Below are positions 56,342 to 64,000 of a stretch of 64,000 bases of DNA, in pieces. This stretch comes from an uncultured bacterium (GTDB taxonomy: Bacteria; Chloroflexota; UBA5177; JANWHV01). The notes under the pieces were generated by a model. The model had not been told where the DNA came from and ran no database searches. It saw only the letters and a list, made by a program, of their open reading frames with translations. Within the stretch, counting starts at the first letter, position 1. Each line of letters starts with the position of its first letter. Position numbers and translations under genes: made by a program. The stretch is from contig CAWHAE010000014.1 in the NCBI GenBank assembly GCA_963827235.1, forward strand, positions 224,001 through 288,000. The letters run 5' to 3'.

Positions 56342-57628
56342 ATGAACGATGACGCACACGTGGACTCGAACGTACCGGGCAATCCGGCGTATCACTTCGG
56401 GGTGGTGCCTCCCGGGACCGAGGTCTCCGCCGGCTGGAAAGAGCGGACCGCTCTCCTGCACGATGCCCAGGTCGCCACGCAGTGCGTGCACGTGGGCGCC
56501 TTTCCAGACCCCGCGTTCGGCTCAGTCGCCGCACCCATCTATCAGACGTCCACCTTCGCCTTCAACGACCTCTGTACCAACGCTGGATTCGACTACACGC
56601 GCAGCGGCAATCCCACGCGCGCCAGGCTGGAGGACGCCATCACCCGGCTCGAGGGCGGCTCCGGCGCCGCCTGCACCGCCAGCGGCATGGCCGCCGTGCT
56701 GTTGGCGCTCAATCTGCTGGAAGCCGGCAGCCATGTTCTGTGCACGGTGGACTGTTATGGCGGCACCTTCCGCACTCTCGAGCACGGCAGGCTCGCCAAC
56801 AGCCTGTCCGTCGACTACCTCGACCTGGCGGACCCGGCCGCCCTGGCCCGAGCCATGCGCCACGGAACGCGCATGGTGTGGATCGAGACTCCGTCCAACC
56901 CATTGCTCAGGCTGACGGATATCGCCGCGGTGGCACGCGTGGCCCGGCAGTCAGGCGCGCTGGTAGTGGTGGACAATACCTTCCTTGGACCCATCCTGCA
57001 GCGGCCGTTCGAGCTGGGCGCTGACTTGGTCGTGCACAGCACGACCAAGTACCTCAACGGCCACAGCGACGTCGTTGGAGGTGCAGTCGTGGCCGGTCCC
57101 GGGCGCGAGGCGCTGGCCCAGCGCATCGCCTCGCTGAACAATCTGATGGGGACCGGCCAGAGTCCACACGACTGCTTCCTCGTCCTGCGAGGAATCAAGA
57201 CGCTCGCCCTGCGCATGGCCGCTCACGAGGCAAACGCCCAGGCGGTGGCATCGTTCTTGAAGGACCACGCCGCCGTGGCGAAGGTCAACTATCCCGGCCT
57301 GCCGGACCATCCGCAGCATGCGTTGGCAAGTTGCCAGCAAAAGGGATTCGGCGCCATGGTCAGCTTCGAGCTGCTCGACAGCGCACGCGATTCGGTAGAC
57401 AATGTGCTGCGATCGTTGCGTTGGTTCACGCTGGCCGAGAGCCTGGGCGGCGTGGAAAGCCTGGTGTCGCACCCGGCCAGTATGACGCACGCCTCCATGA
57501 CGCCCGCCGCGCGAGCCCGAGCCGGGATCTCGGACGGGCTCATCCGGCTCAGCGTGGGCATCGAAGACCGGCGCGATCTGATCGAGGACCTGAGGCAGGC
57601 CCTGCCAAATCCTTCGGCTTCGCGCTAG
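56342..57628 (+). CDS. metB: PLP-dependent cystathionine gamma-synthase/lyase
   Basis: YTRSGNPT, SGMAA, ETPSNP, DNTF, HSTTKYLNGHSD, LAESLGG; GGGAGG RBS. Confidence 0.9.
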   Translation: MNDDAHVDSNVPGNPAYHFGVVPPGTEVSAGWKERTALLHDAQVATQCVHVGAFPDPAFGSVAAPIYQTSTFAFNDLCTNAGFDYTRSGNPTRARLEDAITRLEGGSGAACTASGMAAVLLALNLLEAGSHVLCTVDCYGGTFRTLEHGRLANSLSVDYLDLADPAALARAMRHGTRMVWIETPSNPLLRLTDIAAVARVARQSGALVVVDNTFLGPILQRPFELGADLVVHSTTKYLNGHSDVVGGAVVAGPGREALAQRIASLNNLMGTGQSPHDCFLVLRGIKTLALRMAAHEANAQAVASFLKDHAAVAKVNYPGLPDHPQHALASCQQKGFGAMVSFELLDSARDSVDNVLRSLRWFTLAESLGGVESLVSHPASMTHASMTPAARARAGISDGLIRLSVGIEDRRDLIEDLRQALPNPSASR

Positions 57629-57675
57629 CGAGCCGTTCGGCACGCTCATCGCCGCGGATCCCGTCACAGAAGCCA

Positions 57676-58062
57676 TCATTCCTCAGGCGGCTCGTCCTCC
57701 AATGCCTCCAGCTCGCTGTCCGACATGCCGAACTGGTGTGCGACCTCGTGCAGCACGGTCTCGCGGATCTCGGCGCGAAGCTCCGGCAACGAGCGGCAGT
57801 GCCGTTCGTGAGGGCCCTGGAAGATGGTGATGCACGGCGGCAGAGCGGGATCGAAACCATCCGTACCCGCGGTCAGCGGCACGCCCTCGTAGAGCCCGAG
57901 AATGGGACCGTCGCGGGCCAGTGTCGCGGCGTCCGGCTCGTCCTCCACCACGACCACCACGTCTGCCAGCATCGACGCAAAAGGATCGGGAATGGAGTCC
58001 AGCGCGCGCCCCACCTCGCGCTCGAACGCCTCTCGACTGAGCCTAGTCCCCCGGCGACGCAC
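57676..58062 (-). CDS. Minimal zincin-like metallopeptidase
   Basis: LGLYEG, ITIFQGP, VLHEVAHQFG (HExxH). Confidence 0.88.
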   Translation of the reverse strand: MRRRGTRLSREAFEREVGRALDSIPDPFASMLADVVVVVEDEPDAATLARDGPILGLYEGVPLTAGTDGFDPALPPCITIFQGPHERHCRSLPELRAEIRETVLHEVAHQFGMSDSELEALEDEPPEE

Positions 58063-58093
58063 CGCCTATACCCCCAGAATGCGCATCACACCC

Positions 58094-58987
58094 TCAGCTG
58101 GCGGCAACGCCGTATGCCTGCAGAGTCCTCAGTGCGTCGAGCGTCACGATGCCGCGCCACTCGATCTCGCAGGCCGAGCTCACAGGCTCCCAGATGATCG
58201 GCCAGCCGCCGTCGTCCCGTTGCCTGGCCGCCAGGGCGCGCAGGTGCTCGGCGATCACCGCGTCGTCGAAAAGCGAACGGCACAGGCACTCCGGTGCAGG
58301 CGCGAAGTCCAGTGGCCGCTTGACGTAGCCTTCCCCCGGCAGGTCCGCCGCCACTAGATGATGCTCGGCAATGGCTCGAGCGAGGCGCGCAAAGGCTGTC
58401 TCGGCACGCTGCCGATCGGGCACACGGTCCAGGAAGGCAAGCGCCGCCAGCACGTCGTGCACGTCGGTCAGATCCGTCGTCTCGAGAATCCGCCAGCAAT
58501 ACGCCGTCGCTCGATCCAGCCACGGATGGGAGACGCCCACCTGACAGAGCAGGCCCGCTACGCTGGCCGTCGGATTGATCGACGCTGGTGGATTGTCTGC
58601 CGTGTTCCACCACGGCGCGTGCGGATAGGCGCGCACGCTTGGCAAGACGAACGGTATGCCGCCTTCGCTCGTGGTGATCGTGCTCAAGTACTCGCAGAGC
58701 CGTCGCGTGACCTGCCCGTCGTCACCGACCTCGGCAAGCACACGCAGGGCCATCTCCGCGTCAACCGGTTGGCTATCGGGACAGCGCTTGTCGGGCTCCA
58801 GGGCATTGCCGAAGCCGCCGTCGGCGTTCCGGTAGGCCACGAGTGCCGCGATTACCTTCTCCCGTGAGCCGTGTGCGTAGCGGAAGGAAAACAGAGCGCG
58901 CTCCAGCAAGCGGGCATTACGCCAGATGAAGTCTGCGGCGCGCGCCATGATACGTGCGCCCTCCATGTCGACGAGCGGCGTATTCAT
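58094..58987 (-). CDS. Conserved hypothetical protein with prenyltransferase/squalene-cyclase-like repeats
   Basis: ARLLER, YRNADGGFGNALEPD, QRDDGGW. Confidence 0.8.
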   Translation of the reverse strand: MNTPLVDMEGARIMARAADFIWRNARLLERALFSFRYAHGSREKVIAALVAYRNADGGFGNALEPDKRCPDSQPVDAEMALRVLAEVGDDGQVTRRLCEYLSTITTSEGGIPFVLPSVRAYPHAPWWNTADNPPASINPTASVAGLLCQVGVSHPWLDRATAYCWRILETTDLTDVHDVLAALAFLDRVPDRQRAETAFARLARAIAEHHLVAADLPGEGYVKRPLDFAPAPECLCRSLFDDAVIAEHLRALAARQRDDGGWPIIWEPVSSACEIEWRGIVTLDALRTLQAYGVAAS

Positions 58988-59152
58988 CGAATCCTCCTGC
59001 GGACGGTGCCAGTCTCACGCTTGCTGCCTGCTTGCCGTCCAGAATCGATCATACGAGTCCCGGGCGCCGGATCAAGTGCGGCATCCGCATATCGCCAAAC
59101 GTGAAGCGGCACCGCTAGGAGCAGTAGACACGAAGCATCCGCCCAGGCTGCC

Positions 59153-59312
59153 GACGCGCGACCGTGAGCAGGTGGGTGCTGGCGTCGAGCATGTTAGGCT
59201 CGCTATCCACGCGCGCCACGGCGTCCAGGATCTGCCCGTGCCGCCGCTCGTCTTGCCGGCGCAGATCGAAAGCGGGCAGGGGCCGGCCGGGACCTTCCAC
59301 GGCAAGCCGCAA
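59153..59312 (-). pseudogene. C-terminal remnant of a SAM methyltransferase paralogous to 26597-27415
   Basis: LAVEGPG..FD..QDER..Q.L.A.A.V..E...L..S.HLL.VA.R aligns by eye with the C-terminus of the intact gene; N-terminal part absent. Confidence 0.75.
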
Positions 59313-59333
59313 TGCCGGGCCGCCGCAACGGCG

Positions 59334-60983
59334 TCACTCGTCCGCCATACCCGGACCCACCACTGCTTCCACGAGCCGCGGGCCCGGTGCGGCGATCGCA
59401 CTCCGGAGAGCCTCGCGAAGCGCATCCGGATCGGTGGCCACGACCGCGGGCACACCGTATGCCCTGGCAATCGCCGCCGTGTCGAGCCCCGGCAGATCGA
59501 GCCCCGGGGCGCCGGTGCAATCGCCGAGATCGCCGAACCACTTGAGAATGGCATACTCACTGTTCCGCAGCACGAGAATGGTGAGCGGATCGCCGAGATG
59601 CGCCGCAGTCCACAACGCCTGAATGGCATACTGCGCGGAACCATCGCCCAGGACGCAGACCACCGGCCGCTCAGGCCGTGCAAGCTTCACGCCGATCGCT
59701 GCCGGCAGACCGAAGCCCAGTCCGTTCCCGGCGTTGAAGAAGTAGCTCCCCGGTCCCGAAAGCCTGATACGTCGCCGCAGGGTGGTCGTCACGGAAGGCG
59801 CCTCGGACACCAGAATGCCGTCCTCGGGAAACAGCTCAGCCAGTACGGCTACTACCGAGGTACCGCTCATCGGCTCCAAGTGCGGCGGCTCGGGTGCCGG
59901 TGTCCTCGATTCCGGCGCGGGTCGACCAAGCGCCTCCCCGAGGTCGTCCAGTAACATTTCCAGTGCTAGGCCGACATCGGCCACGATGGCGTCGCCCATT
60001 GGCGCCCGTGCCGCCGCGTCCGCGTCGTCGGTGATTGCCACCAGCGCGGCACCATCAGGCAGAAGTGGCCCGGGGACGTAGGGGTAGTAGGAAAATACGG
60101 GGGCGCCGACCACCACGACGAGGTCGTGTCCCTCGAGAGCCTGGCTCAGAGTGCCTATGCCCGGCGGCAGGATGCCCCGGAAGTGCGGATGGTGCTCGGG
60201 GAAACCCAGGCGCCGACCGCCTATGGCCGGGCTTGCCCACACCGGCAGCCGCTGGCGCTCGGCCAATTCCACCGCCAGGTTCCACGCCCCGGCCGCGTCG
60301 ATGTCAGGCCCGGCGACCAACACCGGCCGCGCTGCGGATTGCAACCGTTCCCTCAAGGCGCGGATTGCTGCCGGATCCGGGCCTGCACGCCCGCTGATCG
60401 ACCGGGACAGTAGATGCTCGGCAGCCCGTCGATCGACCGGCGCCATCCAGTCATCCATGGGTATGGAAAGGAATACAGGCCCCTGCGGCGGCAGCATCGC
60501 CACCTGCACTGCGCGAACCAGTGCGTGCGGCACGTCTTCGGCTCGCGGCGGCTCGTAACTCCACTTGACGCGCGCCGCCGGCACAACGGCGGCGTCACGG
60601 TTCGTGAGGTTGGCTTGCAGGGTGATCATGGCGCGCACCTGCTGGCCGGCGGTAACCACCAGGGGCGTGTGATTGGCCTGCGCGCCGTAGATCGCGCCCA
60701 TGGCGTTGCCCACCCCCGGTGCGGTGTGCAGGTTGACCAGGGCCGGCCGGCCGCTGGCCTGCGCATAGCCGTCGGCCATTCCCACCACTGTGGCCTCTTG
60801 CAGGCCCAGCACATAGCGGAAATCTGCCGGCAGCCCGGCCAAAAACGGAAGCTCGGTCGATCCGGGATTGCCGAACACCGTGGTCATGCCTTGCCGGCGC
60901 AAGAACTCATAGCACACGTCGCGCACGCTAACCGCCGGTCCTGCAGCACCGATCTCCATGCGCGCCGCTTCTCGCCTCTCCAT
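59334..60983 (-). CDS. mdlC: ThDP-dependent benzoylformate decarboxylase-like enzyme
   Basis: FGNPGSTELPFL, LQEA, NLHTAPG, TAGQQ, GDGSAQYAIQALW..N, PGLDLPG. Confidence 0.88.
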   Translation of the reverse strand: MERREAARMEIGAAGPAVSVRDVCYEFLRRQGMTTVFGNPGSTELPFLAGLPADFRYVLGLQEATVVGMADGYAQASGRPALVNLHTAPGVGNAMGAIYGAQANHTPLVVTAGQQVRAMITLQANLTNRDAAVVPAARVKWSYEPPRAEDVPHALVRAVQVAMLPPQGPVFLSIPMDDWMAPVDRRAAEHLLSRSISGRAGPDPAAIRALRERLQSAARPVLVAGPDIDAAGAWNLAVELAERQRLPVWASPAIGGRRLGFPEHHPHFRGILPPGIGTLSQALEGHDLVVVVGAPVFSYYPYVPGPLLPDGAALVAITDDADAAARAPMGDAIVADVGLALEMLLDDLGEALGRPAPESRTPAPEPPHLEPMSGTSVVAVLAELFPEDGILVSEAPSVTTTLRRRIRLSGPGSYFFNAGNGLGFGLPAAIGVKLARPERPVVCVLGDGSAQYAIQALWTAAHLGDPLTILVLRNSEYAILKWFGDLGDCTGAPGLDLPGLDTAAIARAYGVPAVVATDPDALREALRSAIAAPGPRLVEAVVGPGMADE

Positions 60984-61440
60984 GCCTGGTCACTCCGTTT
61001 CTCAACCGCCCAATCGGGAACGGCACTCTGTCCCGACTTGACCCGCTGCCGCCCGCGGGGGCGCGGCGACGTAGCATGCTCCCGGCGGAGCGACCGCGTG
61101 CCGCGCGGACCTGCCAGGCGTCCCGACTGTCGTCCCCAAGGGTACCGCGCGAGCGCCCAACACAGGCCGCGATGCCAGTGACAAGACTTGACGCCAGGGT
61201 ATGGTCCCTGTGGTCGCTGCCGACCGCGGCTGCGGCGGCCGGCTGACCGCGAAGCTTGCTACTGAACTCGGCGGGCGACCCTGGCGCCGACCGAGGGCAG
61301 CCCCGTAACCGCGGTCGCTGCTGCCGCGCGCCGCCGGACGGCCACGCGCTGTCGAGCCCGGTCGAACATTGGGGTGTAGCCAGCTGTTATAGTCGGGACT
61401 GTCCGGCTCGTGGCACAATGCTTCGGGGGTGCTGCAAGCC

Positions 61441-62781
61441 ATGGCAACTGAAAAGCTGGCTCGCGACGAGATGTCCGGCGGCCCGGGCGGCGAAGGAGTT
61501 CCTCCGCCGCTGAGCCCCGGTACCCGGCTCTGGCGCAACCGGAACTTCAATGTCTTCTGGCTCGGCCAGACCCTCTCGGGACTGGGCGACGCGTTCGCCA
61601 TGATCGCCATGCCGCTTCTGGTGCTGCAGGCAACCGGCTCGGTAGCTCAGATGGGCCTGGTGACCGGCACTTACGGCGTGGTACAGCTACTGGCGGGCAT
61701 TTATGCCGGGCTGCTGGTAGACAGGCTGGACCGCCGGCGCCTGATGATCGCCTGCGACTTGGGCCGTTTGCTCGTGTACTCGCTGATCCCCGCCGGCTGG
61801 CTTCTGGCCGGGCCCCAGGTATGGCTGATTTATGTCACGACTGCCCTGGGATCTCTGCTCGGCAACGTCTTCGGCATTGGCTACATCACGGCACTCGCGA
61901 ACCTCGTGGATAGAGACCAGATCATGGACGCCAACTCGCGCATGCAGATCTCGGGCGGGCTGTCGTTCATGGCAGGCCCTATGGTGGCAGGCGTGGCGAT
62001 CGCCATATTCAATCCGTCGTTTGCCATCGGCGTGGACGCCGTTACCTTCCTGATCTCCGCGCTCTCCCTGATGATGGTTCGCCTGCGCCAGGTAGCCGTG
62101 GTCGAAGGGACCGAGACTCGCCGAGCCTACGGCCGCGACGAATTGCTGGCCGGTATTCGGTACCTGGTGCAGCATCCCCTGTTGCGAACGGTGACTATCG
62201 TGCTGGGCGTTACCAATATGGTGTTGATGGGCGGCATGGATCTTTTCGTTTACCGGCTCAAGCACGATCTGCACCAGAGTGCCGGCATGGTTGGCGTCGT
62301 CTTCGGCCTCGCCGGTTTGGGCGCCATCGTGGCCGGAATGCTGACACCGGCCATCCGGCGGCACTTCGGCTTCGGCTCCGCCTGGATCGGCGGACTGCTC
62401 GGCCAGGGAGTGGCCCTGATCGCCTTCGCCATGACGCGCAACATAGCAGCGCTCGTGCTGCTGGCCAATTTCTTCTCCTTCTCCAGCTTGGTCACGAACG
62501 TGGCAAACATGTCGGTGCGCCAGGAGATCACGCCGGACTACCTGTTGGGACGCGTGACCGCGGCCTTCTGGACTATCGCCGGCATCGCCGCCCCCGTCGG
62601 TGCCGCCGTGTCCACGGCCCTGGCCGCGCAGTTCGGTGCGCCGGTCGTTCTGGCCGGCATGGGCATCACCACGGCAGTGATGGCATTGATTTCCATCGGC
62701 ACGCCGGTGAATAGCCGCCGGCCCGAGCTGATCTACGCGCCGCAAGGCGGGGAGATTCTCCAGCGCGACGTCCAGCCGTGA
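61441..62781 (+). CDS. MFS transporter (DHA3/macrolide-efflux-like)
   Basis: About 12 TM; LVDRLDRRRLMIACD motif A; LLGRV. Confidence 0.92.
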   Translation: MATEKLARDEMSGGPGGEGVPPPLSPGTRLWRNRNFNVFWLGQTLSGLGDAFAMIAMPLLVLQATGSVAQMGLVTGTYGVVQLLAGIYAGLLVDRLDRRRLMIACDLGRLLVYSLIPAGWLLAGPQVWLIYVTTALGSLLGNVFGIGYITALANLVDRDQIMDANSRMQISGGLSFMAGPMVAGVAIAIFNPSFAIGVDAVTFLISALSLMMVRLRQVAVVEGTETRRAYGRDELLAGIRYLVQHPLLRTVTIVLGVTNMVLMGGMDLFVYRLKHDLHQSAGMVGVVFGLAGLGAIVAGMLTPAIRRHFGFGSAWIGGLLGQGVALIAFAMTRNIAALVLLANFFSFSSLVTNVANMSVRQEITPDYLLGRVTAAFWTIAGIAAPVGAAVSTALAAQFGAPVVLAGMGITTAVMALISIGTPVNSRRPELIYAPQGGEILQRDVQP

Positions 62782-63297
62782 GCTCGGGCGCTAAAGATGC
62801 CACCGGGCCGGTAGTCGAGCCCAGGTGGGCACGGGCGGACATGCAGTCACGGCAGCCACCGTCGCTTGGGCGGCCCTTTCCGGCTTGCCACCGACCAGGT
62901 GCACCCCGCACATCGGATGATCAGCGAGGGAAGGATTGCGCGGCGCGCGCCCCGGGGCTCATGTATCGAAGCTCATCGACATCTGGTATGACTTCCGCAG
63001 CCTGGCGATCGCCTCGGTCAACTGCCGCCGAGGTTGCAACAGGCTACCCAGGATGTCCGCCGCCTCCAGGGCCTTTCGCCCTTCCGCAGCACCGCCGCCC
63101 AGCAGGCTGATGCAGGTCAGGAGAGCTGACGCGCTCGCCCGCGAGGCGGTCGCCGAGTCTTGCAACAGCCGAGGCAGGAGAGCCACCCGCCGCAGTGAGT
63201 CGCTCTTCCATCCTGCTTCGACTTGGGGCCGTCTACCCGGTATCTCCGTCCTGTTCCAGTGCTCGTGTCTAGCCGCGGCGTCATGCCAGAGCACGTC

Positions 63298-63888
63298 CTA
63301 TGGCACGATCGAGGGCCCCCTGTTCGCCGCGCGCTTGCTGGCGAGAGGCCTGATCGCCTGTAGGAAATCGTCGGCCGAGTAGAGCCGCTCCGCTTGAAGC
63401 CCGTCGGTTACCGGCGCAAGCGGGTAGAGGAGATCCGAGCCCCCGGCATCCGCCTTGAGCCATATCGCCAGCAGTGGGATAGCTGCGATGCGCAGAAGCC
63501 GGGCTTCGAACGAGCCGGCACGCGCCTCGTTGCCCGACTCCAGCTGGGCAAATGCCTTCGCCGTGGCCTCTACGAATGGGCCGTAATTGATGTTCGCCAC
63601 CAATGAGGCTGCGCCGGAGGCATCGGTTTGCACCTCGGCGGCAGCTACCGGCGTGGCGCCAGCGTTGACAAGATAGCGGTAGCTTGTCAGATGGGCGGAC
63701 TCGAGTCCGCTGCCGCCGGCGATAAGGTCGGCAGGCAGGTCGTATACGGCGTGCGGCCACGCCGTTTGCAGTGCTGCGAAATCTATCCCGCGGCCTGTGA
63801 GCGGGCTGCGTCGGGCTGACACGCGGTGGAGGCCGGCGAGGACCATCGCAGACCCGTTGTGAGGCTCTGTCCCATATCGAAGAGGCAT
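63298..63888 (-). CDS. Conserved hypothetical protein, putative partner of the upstream protease
   Basis: PHAVY, YRYLV, AAAEV, GPFV, RLLRI..I...AIWL, PLAP; AAGGGAGG RBS. Confidence 0.75.
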   Translation of the reverse strand: MPLRYGTEPHNGSAMVLAGLHRVSARRSPLTGRGIDFAALQTAWPHAVYDLPADLIAGGSGLESAHLTSYRYLVNAGATPVAAAEVQTDASGAASLVANINYGPFVEATAKAFAQLESGNEARAGSFEARLLRIAAIPLLAIWLKADAGGSDLLYPLAPVTDGLQAERLYSADDFLQAIRPLASKRAANRGPSIVP

Positions 63889-63906
63889 GGCTTCCTCCCT
63901 TGCCGT

Positions 63907-63999
63907 CTACTCTGTGAAATACGTGGCGCCCCATGAGGCCCCGCCTTGGTACGTGGCAGGAAACGTGTTGTAATCCTGGGTCGAGGGACCGTACCAAGG
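63907..63999 (-). CDS. C-terminus of a probable papain-like (C39/C70-type) cysteine protease, truncated by the window edge
   Basis: PWYGPSTQDYNTFPATYQGGASWGATYFTE* resembles the (D)PWxG...Y..F...Y...W..TY ending; not in the ORF track. Confidence 0.55.
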   Translation of the reverse strand, partial: PWYGPSTQDYNTFPATYQGGASWGATYFTE

Positions 64000-64000
64000 A

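Noticed and set aside
62959-63294. 111-aa minus-strand ORF
   Set aside because: No RBS or recognisable family; may be a remnant but unsupported

Overview
High-GC bacterial DNA. Gene content and a Gram-positive-type LexA box suggest Chloroflexota or an Actinobacteria-like lineage (inference). The window is mostly carbohydrate catabolism. It holds a LacI-associated sugar ABC system next to a fucI/SDR/Zn-ADH/AKR operon and a NagD-FGGY kinase pair (6-19 kb), and an L-rhamnose locus (39-56 kb: rhaM, rhaI, rhaB, ABC transporter, RhaD-like aldolase, two DeoR regulators) interrupted by ino1 and containing a UroD-family gene. It also holds an uncharacterised six-gene operon (PHP protein, aldolase/SDR fusion, Zn-dehydrogenase, E2, E3, fused E1; 28.6-39.2 kb). 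Other genes include an XPB-like helicase plus a DUF790/Bax1-like gene behind an SOS box, a sulfatase, a rhomboid protease, metB, mdlC and an MFS transporter. The least explained signal is an approximately 340-375 nt transcription unit at 743-1117 with no convincing ORF. It has a near-consensus promoter, paired 5'/3' ends, many nested helices, a possible pseudoknot and a 14-bp terminal hairpin, so it is a candidate novel large structured ncRNA. Genes at 7.4-12.6 kb, about 21.5 kb and 34-39 kb carry frameshifts (sequencing indels or decay), so their boundaries are approximate. No rRNA, tRNA, CRISPR array or mobile element was recognised. All calls come from reading motifs by eye; no database searches or folding programs were run.
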